Source: Eledone cirrhosa (Eukaryota). Taken from it: a stretch of 64,000 nucleotides of DNA. A model generated the notes under the pieces. It did not search any database, was not told the DNA's origin, and saw only the letters and a list, made by a program, of their open reading frames with translations. A program made the position numbers and the translations under genes. Of this stretch, positions 23,684 to 35,181 are shown in pieces. The stretch lies in assembly GCA_964016885.1 (NCBI GenBank), contig OZ024741.1:297042001-297106000 (forward strand). The letters run 5' to 3'. Numbering within the stretch: position 1 is the first letter of the stretch; every line of letters starts with the position of its first letter.

Positions 23684-24685
23684 CTGGAAATAAGAATGAA
23701 AGAATTAGCAATCTATATCATAATAATTGTATAACATTTTGTTGTAGGTCTATCACACATACCACTAAAATCTGACAAAATAAATAGTACTACAATTTTT
23801 ATTCAGAATTCACGAAATATAAAAATAAGACAAAAATGAATGGAGGGCTGATAAGTGTTCTACATGCTTTCAATCATGTCAGAAGTCAGCCTTCTCTGCC
23901 ATGGTATTATCTCTCAAGAAACTATTATATAACAGACATCACACCACCCAGTCTGTCTTCCTCTATTCTCCCTTTTTACTTTTTCTACGACTTTTCTGTT
24001 TTACTATTTCTCTTGTTTCTATATTTTTTTCCTTCTTTGGTTACTCTTTGGTTACTCTTTGGTTACTCTTCCTTCTTTGTCAGTTGACATACTTGAAATG
24101 CTTTTTCTTCTATATTTGTGTAATTCATCTAAAGGCATAACTTATCTCTACCTATTTGTTATGTTCTAATGTGTACTGAAATGAATGGTTTCAACCTTAA
24201 TGCACTGAAACTGTAGTGATTTCCAACGGTTGACTGAGGAGATGAGACTGCCCGTCTTTCCATTGTCTTTGTCCTTTGAATATATTCATATTTGTGTGTG
24301 TGTGTAAAATATAATGCATGCATGCATGTTTGTTTTGTCTCGTAACTTTCATAAATTTGAAACACACACACTCAGTCTATACGATAGATCCACTGCAGTG
24401 TGCAGGAGAGGAGACTGCAATGGTATGGACATATGATACATATCGATGATGACAGCTGCATAAAGAAATGCAGAGCGCTTGAAGTCGATGGAACTTGTGG
24501 AAGGGGAACACCTAAGAAAACTTTGGATGATGTGATGAGGGCCAACCTCACACAGCTGAATCCCATGAGGGAGATGACCCCATATCGAGTTGATTGGCAA
24601 CATGTCATACAGCAGAAGAATTGGCTTCCCACGCAAATGGAATGAAACTACCATGGAGAGAATGTTCACAACTCCCCCACCTTAA

Positions 24686-24906
24686 CCCTTTAGCATTTAA
24701 ACTGGCTATATCCGGCCAGAATTCTCTCACCTCTTTCTGTTCGAACTGGCAGTGACCGGCTGCTCATACTGATGTTAAGGCACTGTTCTCAAAATTAATC
24801 CTATCAAAATCTCATAGATTTGATATTATGTGAGATAATTATGTGAGGTAAAGTGTTTACTGTGAAAATACAATAGTAAATACAGAGTAATGTAAATGCT
24901 AAAGGG
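24686..24906. mobile_element. piggyBac-type MITE
   Basis: TTAA target duplication and CCCTTTAGCATTTA terminal inverted repeats; related TTAACCCTTT fragments at about 26069, 27079, 59500 and 60499. Confidence 0.8.
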
Positions 24907-25653
24907 TTAATCCTTAAGAAGCAGAAAGTGGAACAACATTGAAGTCCCCACTTACCAGTATACTCCCAATTTTCCAGCCTTTATACCCCACTCACTAGCT
25001 AAGCCCCCACTTTAGTCTTCCCCTACTCCTTTCTTTCCTTGTCTAACCCATGCTAACATGGAAAGTCAGGGCAATCCACTTTCCCCACACCTTATACTCT
25101 CATTCCCCACCCAACCCACGTCAACATGGAAAGCTAGGCACATTCCACAATAAAAAGGCCAGACACCATTCACTTACTTCAAGGCTACTCCTAATGCTTT
25201 TTCACCTACAAAGACATGTCCCCACCTACACCAGTAAGTAGATATAGCCAGCCCCCCTCTCACCCATGGATATATGACCCCCCTCCTACCCTGGCAAGCA
25301 ACATATTTTTACCCACACACCCATCAATGCCTTCCCAGCCAGGTCAAGGACACAACAAGCTTCCTATATCATAATGAGGTAGTACCGATGCTATGATAAG
25401 AAGCACCCAGTCCACCCTGTTAGATGGTAGTGCTGGTGCTATGACAAAAAGCACTCAGTTTGCACTATAAGGTGGTAATACCAGAGTCATGATAAAATGT
25501 TCCCAGCATATGCTATGATGGGGTTGGGATTAAGAAGAGCATCCAGCAGTAGAAACCAAGTAAAAGAGCAAGATGTAGTCAGCTGGCCAGTCAAGCTCCA
25601 GTACATGACAACCTGTCTAACCCACGCAAACATGGAAAATAGATGTTAAATGG

Positions 25654-25687
<34 letters not shown>

Positions 25688-25710
25688 GAAGAAGAAACAC
25701 AAACACTCAC

Positions 25711-25741
25711 AATGTCCTCCTTTCATAGTTCCATAATGGTT
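25711..25741 (-). CDS. USP8: USP8 31-nt His-box exon (NHYGTMKGGH)
   Basis: Catalytic His box; ttctttcag/GTGAGT; phase 0-1 fits both neighbouring exons. Confidence 0.92.
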
Positions 25742-26538
25742 CTGAAAGAAAGTGAAAGATTGAAGAAGAATTTAATAAAATCAACAACAAAATTGAAATA
25801 TAAACAGAATATTACTCCTGATTAAATATAAATGGAATTCAATAAATATGTTTTGGTTAACTTTTCTGTTTCCATATCTGTTTCCATTTAATGAAACACA
25901 CTGTCTATGATTTTCAATTTATTTTGAAAATAATCAAACACTAACAAAATAAATGTTCATGCATACAATTATGATGGAAAGTTTAAACTTAAATATGACA
26001 CTTTACAATAAACAGCCTTGTATCAGTTTCAGGCAGTTTAGTGTTAGAAGGGTTTTAAAAAATAATGGTTAACCCTTTCATTGCCATATTTCAAATAAAA
26101 ATACTGCCTATGATTTTCAAATCATTTTGAAAATAATCAAGAATTTTGAAGAGATTTAGTCATATAATTAACTTTCTCATTATTAAGCTGATATTTGGAA
26201 TATAACTTAACAAAGCCATCAGGCTGCAGTTGTCATATTATCTAGTTTCTACATTACTCTGCAGATACGTCAACCCCACTATGTAATTGGCATAGTACTT
26301 GTGTCCATGTCTGTGTTTATATTTCTATATGTGCCTAAGTTTATGTCCTATAACTTAGGTGTTCAACATAAAGAGATTGATAAAGTAAGTACAAAACAAA
26401 AAACAAGTACCAGGGTCAATATTAACAACTAAAATCACTTCAAGGTGATGCCCCAACATGGCGTCAGTCTAATAACTGAAACCAGTAAAAAAATAAAAAA
26501 TAAATGTAATGGATTTTAAAATTTTAAAATCAGCTTAC

Positions 26539-26668
26539 CGAAACTGCATACAACTGGTAATGTGATTTTGAATTGGAACTGCACACATAGTTGCTCATAT
26601 CCAGCGTTTCTGTTGGGAAATCTACAAATGTATTTAACTTATGTCTCCATACCCCTTCATGAGAGAAC
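26539..26668 (-). CDS. USP8: USP8 exon (RFSHEGVWRHKLNTFVDFP...YQLYAVS)
   Basis: KLxxxVxFP and YxLxAV boxes; cag/GTAAGC; phase 2-0. Confidence 0.92.
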
Positions 26669-27341
26669 CTGAAGTTGGAAAGATATAATGTAACTATTGT
26701 AACAGAACAATTGGTAAACCAACAGACACTGATAATATAGAAAACTAGAACAATTCATAGACAATATCAGAGCTAAACCCACTTTAGCAAATGTTTCATA
26801 ATGTCATGGGTTTGATTCCTCGACTGGGCTGTGTGTTGTGTTCTTGGGTAAAACACTCCATTTCATGTTGCTCCAGTATACTCAGCTGAAAATTAGTACC
26901 AGGTATAGTTGGGTGGGAGGAGGGTTAACCCTGCGATGAACTGGCATCCTGTCCAGGGGGGATTTTGGAATCTCAGTCGCTTAACGCTTCGGAAACCAGG
27001 ATAAGTACCAGCCTGATGAACCGCTGGGTTCAAGACAGACTTTAGAATTAAACTTTTTATGCTATTGAGTTTCTTGTTTAATCCTTTTATTACCATATTT
27101 CAAAAGACAGTGCCTTATGCAATTCAAATCATTTGGAAAATAAACAAGAATTTGGAGGGATTTAGTAAAATAATTAATTTTCTCATTATGAAACTAGTAT
27201 TTGGAACATAACTCATAAAGGCTCTTACATAAAAGGATGATGGATGGGTTTAGATAAATATTAACAGTTTAAAACAAACGACTTTGTAGAGTTGTAACAG
27301 GGGCAGCTTGGTATAAAAGATTTGCTGCACCAAAAGAATTA

Positions 27342-30300
27342 TCATCATCATCATCATCATCACCGTTTTACGTCCGTTCTTCCACGCTAGCATGGGTTAG
27401 ACGGGTTGTCCTGTTGTGGGCAGTGTCTGGTCGGCTGACCATGCCTTGCTCATACAGGAACTGATCTGGCTTGATTTCTACAGCTGGATGCCCTTCCTAA
27501 CACCAACCTCATTTACAGTGAGTGCTGGGTGCTTTTTCGTGGCGCCTACACGTCCACTTTACAGTGTGGGCTGGGTGCTTTTTTTGCCGTGGCACCTCCA
27601 CGACCACCTTGCGGTGGGGGGAGTGGGGGCATATTGTTTATATGCTTCAGCATGTACCCATGGGAGGTCGGGTACCCTGTATTACTGCGTGACGCCAGAA
27701 GTCACGGTCGTGTGTCATTGTCTTTGAGAGGTGTAGTTGGGTAAGGTCGGCTTTTATCACCTCATCCCAAGTCATCTTGGGTCTCCCCACTCCGCGGTTT
27801 CCATCAACTTCTAGTGCTCTGCACCTTTTTATGCAGCTGTCATCCTTCATACGCATCACATGTCCATACCAGCGCAACCGCCTCTCCTGCACGCAGCATT
27901 TGATTCCTCTTATGCTCAGTCTCTCTCTCAATTCCTTTATGCTTTGTCGTTCACGTATATTACTGTTACACATCCATCGGAGCATGCAGGCTTCGTTTCT
28001 CTCTAATCTACGTAAGTCTTCCACCTTCAGCGCCCAGGTCTCACTACCATGCAACATCGCTGTTCGGATACACGCATCATACAGTCTGCCTTTCATTCTG
28101 AGGGAGAAGCCTTTTGCAGCTAGCAGTGGTAGTAGTTCCCTAAACTTCTTCCATCCCGTTCTTACCCTAGTTATTGTACTTTCTGAGCACCCACCTCCGT
28201 TGCTAATTCGGTCACCTAGGTAGCAGAAGCTGTCTACTGTTTCTACAGGGCCCTCCCAGAGATTGGTGGTACTTGTTTCCTGTGGCTGTTTGCTTGCTGT
28301 TTCAGCACAGCTGCTGCATGTGAATCCTACATTCTTAATTAAGCTTCCTGAGATCCCGCTACATCTCTTGTGTACCCATTGTTTGCATTTGGGGCAGAGA
28401 ATGGAGTTCCTACCTACACCTTTCCTACATACTGAGCAAGGCCATTTCCCTGAGGGGATCTGGGTTCTGTTTTCTTGTCTACTTACAAGGACCTTAGTCT
28501 TTGTCATGTTGACTTTGAGGCCCTTTCTCTCTAGTCCCTGCTTCCAGGTTTGGAATTTATTCTCTAGTTCTACCATAGATTCAGCTATGAGTGCGAGGTC
28601 ATCAGCATACAGGAGTTCCCATGGGCATCCGGTCTTAAACTCCTCCGTTATTGCCTGCAGGACTATGATGAACAGGAGAGGGCTAAGAACAGAGCCCTGG
28701 TGGACCCCAACCTGTACGCTAAATTCCTCGCTATACTCATTGCTAATCCTAACTTTGCTGACTGCTCCCCTATACATGGCTTGTACCGCTTTCACAAGCC
28801 ATTCATCTACTCCTAGTTTTCTAAGAGCCCACCAGATTACCGCACGTGGAACTCTGTCAAAGGCTTTCTCAAGGTCGACAAATGCCAAGTAGAGTGGCTT
28901 ACTTTTAGCTAGGTACTTTTCCTGTAATTGCCTCACAAGGAAGAGGGCATCAGTGGTGCCTCTCCCTTGTACAAACCCAAATTGCATCTCGTCTATATTC
29001 ACCCGGTCCCTAATCAGCTGTGCTATAACTCTTTCTGTTACTTTCATGACCTGGTCCATCAACTTTATACCTCTATAGTTTCCTCTATCTAGTGCATCGC
29101 CTTTACCTTTGTAGCAGTTGACAATGATGCTACTGCACCAATCTTTTGGTATGGCCCCTTCTAGTATTACCTGGTTAACGATACGTGTGGTTATAGTGTG
29201 ACCTACAGACCCAGATGCCTTCAGCATCTCGGCAGCTATACCCGATGGACCGGTTGCCTTCCCCATCTTCATATCTCTGATTGCCTTACTTACTACGCTG
29301 CCGCTGACTTGTACTGCTGGTCCCTCTATAGGGTCTACATGGGGTAGGGTCTCTTCTTCCCATGCATTCTCCTCATTTAGTAATCTATCATAATGACTCT
29401 TCCATGCATCTTTCTTCTCAGCACTTGTGAGGGCAAGCTCACCTTTATCATTCCGGATACACTTCTCTCCAATGACATCACAACTATCTCTGACACACTG
29501 CCTCACAATCTTGAATACCTCTTGTTTCTGGTCCTCACGTTGTAAAACATGCTTGAATTTTCTATCCTCTGCTTCCCTCCTAGCTAAGTATACTTGTCGC
29601 CTAGCTTCCCTCTTGGTCTCTATGTAATGTACCCTGCTCCCCCCGTTCTTCCATTCTTTCCATGCCTGTCTCTTGGCCTTGACTGCTTCATCTACCTTAT
29701 TGTTCCACCACCAAGTCACTCTCCTCCTGCTTGAGGTCTTACTCCAGCCACAAACCTCATCCATCGCCTCTAGTAAGTTATTTTTTAGGAACTCCCAGTT
29801 CTCTTCTACGTTAAATGTCTCTATCTGTTCTTCTTTACTGTCGTAGGCGTTGAGTAAAATATCTTTAAATCTGTTACTGGTTGAGGGGACTTTCAGCTTC
29901 CAGATCTTTCTTCTCCAGGTTGGCCTGTTTCCGGGTTCGTCTAGTTCTGACCGTGAGGTCGCTGACAACTAAGCTATGTTGGGATGTACATTCCTCACTA
30001 GGGAAGGCTTTTGTATTTACGACCGTCCATCTGTCACGTCCTCTGATGAGGATAAAATCTAACTGACTAGAGTGCTCCCCTGATCTATAGGTGATCAGGT
30101 GGTTGTCGGGTTTTTTAAAGTTTGTGTTACATATCGACATGTCATTGGCGTCGCAGAATTCTAGAAGTCTGAATCCTTCCTCATTCCTTGTGCCAACTCC
30201 ATGGCCTCCATGTACTCTATTGAAGCCGTCGCAGTGTTTACCTACGTGTCCGTTAAAATCTCCTGCAATGATTAGGAAGTCCTTGTCGTCTGTTAGAGCA

Positions 30301-30385
30301 GTAGTGTGTATTAGGGACTCGTAAAACCTATCCTTAAGTTCGTCTGGCAGCCCCGATTGGGGTGCGTAAGCTGATATTATTGTGG
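27342..30385 (-). mobile_element. Young 5'-truncated RTE LINE inside a USP8 intron
   Basis: 773-aa open RT frame (27647-29968) with GVHQGSVLSP and LYADD; endonuclease motifs AYAP, GDFN, SQH in an upstream frame separated by one frameshift; (GAT)n tail. Confidence 0.95.
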
Positions 30386-30683
30386 TTAATTATTAAAGGA
30401 ACTTGGTCTTACAAACAGTTAATTATTAAAGGAACTTGGTCTTACAAACTAAATTTAGAAGGATTTAGTAACAGAACTCATTTTCTCATTATTAAACTGG
30501 TGTTTGGAACATAACTTGTTAAAGGTTCTTACAGAAAATTATAATGGAAGGCTTTTAGATAAATATAAACTGTTTAAGAGATAGAAACAGGTTATTTCAG
30601 GTTGTTTGGTTATTAAATGGGTTAAAGCACTTTCCTATATAAAAATAATCAACCAATTATTGAAGAAACTTAGTCATACACAC

Positions 30684-30826
30684 CGACTTAAACCAATGAG
30701 CAAAACAGGAGGTAATTTCCAAATATCCATTTTCTTTACTGTATCTCTTTGCCTTTTGCACTGAGGACAATTCCACCGAGAATCTCCAGTCATTTCTTCT
30801 TCCTTTAAGAACAACTCCAAACAATC
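30684..30826 (-). CDS. USP8: USP8 exon (DCLELFLKEEEM...CPQC...IWKLPPVLLIGLS)
   Basis: DCL..F.KEE, zinc-ribbon CxxC, IWKLPPVL; tag/GTGTGT; phase 0-2. Confidence 0.92.
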
Positions 30827-31521
30827 CTACAGAATAAATAATGGTTTTGTTAAGTAGTTAAGCCATTGTTTTACAGACAGAATAAGAAACATTTAGTTTC
30901 TTCACTAAACTGTAACAAAGCTACATATGTAAGTGTGGGAGGACGGGAGAGGGGGAAACACAATTTGATGGGGTGAGGGGAGGCACTTCTTTCTTCTTTC
31001 TGTGTTGCCATGGGTGAGACAAGGAAAATGAGAATAAAAAATGTGAATGAAGGAAGTACTTGGAGAGTGGAGGGATAGTTGGGAGATTAAGGTTGGGGAG
31101 GTGGACAGAGAAGTTAGTAGCGTTTAAGACAGAAGATTGTGCTGGTATGAACATGTGATGTGCATGGATGATGAATGATGGGTGAAGAAGTACCAAGAGT
31201 TCCCAGTGGAAGGAGGTTGCAGAGGAGGAAGACCACATGGACAGAAATAGTGAGAGCTGATCTCACAGGGCAGATGAAGAAAGGATGCAATAAGGAGAGG
31301 GAAATTCTGCTGAAAACTCATCCAATCACTATCAACATGTAAAAACAAGTATAAAATGATGATGATGACTATGTACTGGAGAAGACCCATCCAACAATGT
31401 CAACAGGCAAAATCAAGTATAAAATTATGATGATGATGATGGCTATGGGCAGTAGAATACCCATCTAACCAATGTTAACAGGTAAAAACAGGTGTAAAAT
31501 GATGATGATGACCATTCTTAC

Positions 31522-31635
31522 CTGAAGTTTACATTTCGATATTGTAGGAATTGGTAAGGAGAGGTACTGGAAGGTTTGAAATGTAATTGACACTTTCTTA
31601 CAAGCAAGGCAGCAAAGAGTAGATTTCAATTGGCC
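31522..31635 (-). CDS. USP8: USP8 exon (GQLKSTLCCLAC...LSLPIPTISKCKLQ)
   Basis: GQxKS..CxxC..F..LSLP; aag/GTAAG; phase 0-0. Confidence 0.92.
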
Positions 31636-33272
31636 CTTAAAAAAACAAAAACAAAGAAAAACACAAATTTAAAGTTTTTAAGGAATTGTCTTCATTAGTC
31701 TTTGTTTAAAATGTTTATATTTATCTAAGAACCTTTGTCAAGTTATGTTCCAAATGCAAGCTTAATAAGAATGTTTCTACTTTTGGCACAAGGCCAGCAA
31801 TTACCCAGTGCATTACTGGTCCTTTATTTTATCGACCCCATAAGGATGAAAGGCAACGTTAACTTTGGCAGGATTTGAATTCGGGACATAAAGGTCTATA
31901 ACTCTATGCTGCAAAACATGGTGTCTGATGCCCTACTGATACTGTCAAACCATTAGTTATATTACTGAGCTGCTACTTCTCCAAATTGAGAGATCACAGC
32001 TCCAATACTATGGGCATGTGGTTAGAATATTGCAGAAAAGAATCACTGAACAGATTTTACAGGCAAAACCAACTGGCAGAAGACCCAGGGGTAGATCTCG
32101 AGCAAGATGGTTGAATAACATCCATGAGCTGAGCTGGTCTCACTTGGAAATCCAGCTGGATCAGTGGGAAATGGTTGCTTCTGACAGGATCCACTGGAAA
32201 GAGTATCTGAGGACTCTGCCCTCACAACCCTCTCAGGAATAAGTAGGTGAAGAAGAAGTTATATTACTAAATCTCTCTAAATGATTGCGAAGTGAACTTC
32301 TTAACAATTCAGTCATACTGGACTAGGTTCACTGTCTAGGGATACAGTTCAACATATAATACAACAGTACACCATTGAATTACATTTTTTATCAGGAACT
32401 GGTCATAGAGAATGACATCTATGTTCTTGTGGAGGTTACAAAAAGATTCAACAACAGAACCACCAAACTGCTTTCCATTTTTTCTTGACTTTTTTAATGC
32501 TTATTTTGCCTTCAGTTGACCTTCCATATTTAAATTTTTTATTTTATTTTATTTTATTTTATTTGAAATTTTTATTTCTATATTCACTTATCTCTATATA
32601 TCTTGTTTTTTTGTTTTTTAACTGTAAGAAATACTAGACAATTCCTCTAGTCTGTCGCGGCTTACTAGCTCTATATGGACGTTTAAATTGATTAAATCAA
32701 TAAATAAATGAGAAGATATGAGATTATAACTAATGAGCAACAAGTTTTTGTGTCAACACAAACCTTAACAAAACAAACCAACAAGTAAGTTTCAATGTGG
32801 CTGTTCAACCTGCTAGAAAAAACAACCAAATCTCACTCAAATCAAATTCTAGCAGCTTAGGAAACAAAGGACACATTGAATGATAAAGTCCTATATACAT
32901 CATTATGATCACAGCTGAAATACCTCCTCCATAGGTTCAACTGTATCAGGACTGACCAGGGTAAGTATATAGTAATATATGTCTAACTACATCATGACTG
33001 ACCAGGCTAGGTATATAGTAATATATGTCTAACTATAGGACTGACCAGGGTAGGATTATAGAAATATATGTCCAACAATAGAAGGACTGAGCTGGATACG
33101 ACTGAGCTGAAATAGTAACATCATTAGAAAATATAATCTGGAAATGTTGAAATTAATTATATAGCAGGAAAAACAGACAGATGATGATGATGGTGGTGGT
33201 GATTATGATGATGAGGAAGATGATGGTGGTGATGATGATGGGGAAGATGATGATGATAATGATGATCTATAC

Positions 33273-33395
33273 CTGAAATAAATTAACTATAACAGATTTA
33301 TTCAACTTCTTGTATGATTCCCAGGCAAGGTCTGCTGCAATGTCTTCTGGAAGGTTTTCATTGTCTTGTTCTGGCACCGGTTCACGTTTAGTCAC
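33273..33395 (-). CDS. USP8: USP8 exon (VTKREP...AWESYKKLNKSVIVNLFQ)
   Basis: AW....N.S.IV.LFQ box; cag/GTATAG; phase 0-0. Confidence 0.92.
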
Positions 33396-34692
33396 CTGCA
33401 GCAGAAAATGGCAGAAAACAGAGAGAAAAATAGTTATTGCACATTAATGAGACTGTTAAGGGGAACAATTCTGATAGGTGAGAAACTATATACATAAAAA
33501 GACTGTTATTGCTGTTCCACAATCTGTCCATGAAACACTGAGCAAACACCCTAAACCAAATACCAACCTGCACTTATGACTCATTCTAAACCAACCTAAA
33601 TTTGGCAAACCGAACGCGGACTGCCCACCTTCCCAAACACGTCAAACTGAATACAGACCACAACAACCAGGGAAGACAGACATCATTGAGCTGCAGCTTT
33701 CATATTACATAGTTTCTATATAATAAAGCTAATAAACTATTATAATCTTGAATTTAAAGAAAAAAAGAAGACGCATTTAGTGAAATGGGAAAAATTAGCA
33801 TAGGGTAGGGACAGCTCTTCAGTCAAGTCAATGACCAACAACATCCCTAGTGCCAGTCCCAGAAATAAAATATATCCAGTACACTCTGTAAAGTGGTTGG
33901 TGTCAAGAATGGCATCCAGTCATAGAAGCCATCCCAAAGAAAAAGCCAAGAAGACTCATTTGTGTTACAGACATGACAACCTTCCTAATACTAATGTCAT
34001 GGTAAAAATGCACCCAGTACATTCTGTAAAGTGGTTGATAATAGGGAGAGCATTCAGACTATGCCAAAACCAGAATTTATTTAAGTGAGATGTGGCCCTC
34101 AGCCCATTAAGGAGGATAGTAGCTCTGATTAAGTCATCTTGGACCATGATGACCCATCTAGTCCATGCCAGCAAATAAAAATGGACATTAAACAATGATG
34201 ATGAATGCTCAAATTTAATGAGAAACACATCCTGTACAAACAACAAACATTTTAAGGCCATTTACTCTGCTAAAACAGGGATTAGCTTTGTGGGCCCCTT
34301 GTCAATCTTCTCCATTTTCCCCCACCATCTGCGTCCCTCCTGACCAACTCCTTGGTTTTCATTTCATATTTACCCATGTCGTTCTTAGTCTTCCCCCTTC
34401 GAGTTCCTTCCACATTCATTTCCATCACTCCCATCACATCACCCAGTCACTTTCATCCTTCCTCAACACATGACCCAACCATCTCATTCTATTTCTCATC
34501 ATAACATTCATCACTGGTTCTATACCCATTACTTTCATCCTTCTTCAACATTTCTGGTATCTCTAAATGTTGTAGGAAGAGGCTAAAAGAGGAAGGGTAT
34601 CTGGCCTTAAATCAAAACCTCAAATAGGACCTCATGAGGAATATAACACTTACTGTGCAACAAATACGCAAATTTGATGAGACAACACTTAC

Positions 34693-34797
34693 CAAGTTTA
34701 AACCTTCATGTAGCTGATCTAACAAGAATGTGAGAAACTCTTGTGAATCCTGTTGATCAAAACCAGCAAACATTGGTGCATATTTCCCAACAGTATT
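34693..34797 (-). CDS. USP8: USP8 exon ([35 protein letters not shown])
   Basis: QQDSQEF switching-loop box; cag/GTAAGT. Confidence 0.93.
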
Positions 34798-35181
34798 CTG
34801 TAAAATAGACAGTGAACATATTGCAAATATATATATATATATTGTGACAACTATAATGGAAATATATATAATGTGGCAAATCTAATGGAAATATATATTA
34901 TGGCAACTGTAATAGAAATATATATATTCTGATAGCTATAATGAAAATATATATATTGTGGCAACATTTTTGCTTGACCTGCTAGAAATAGCAGCCAAGT
35001 CTCCTTCAAATTACATCCTAATATTTTACAAAAGGAATAACATGTTGGATAATGTACTTACTCCTAGATATTCTATGTCTGAAAATAAGACTGGATTGTA
35101 TGGTTACAAATATAATACCTTTCATGGTAAGTTAAAAGTCAGCTTGGTCAGAGTTGAACAACAAACAACTATGATACAGTA

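Noticed and set aside
27777-28892. Long plus-strand ORFs opposite RTE copies (likewise 3961-4593 and 51404-51778)
   Set aside because: Antisense shadows of RTE ORF2 with no independent motifs
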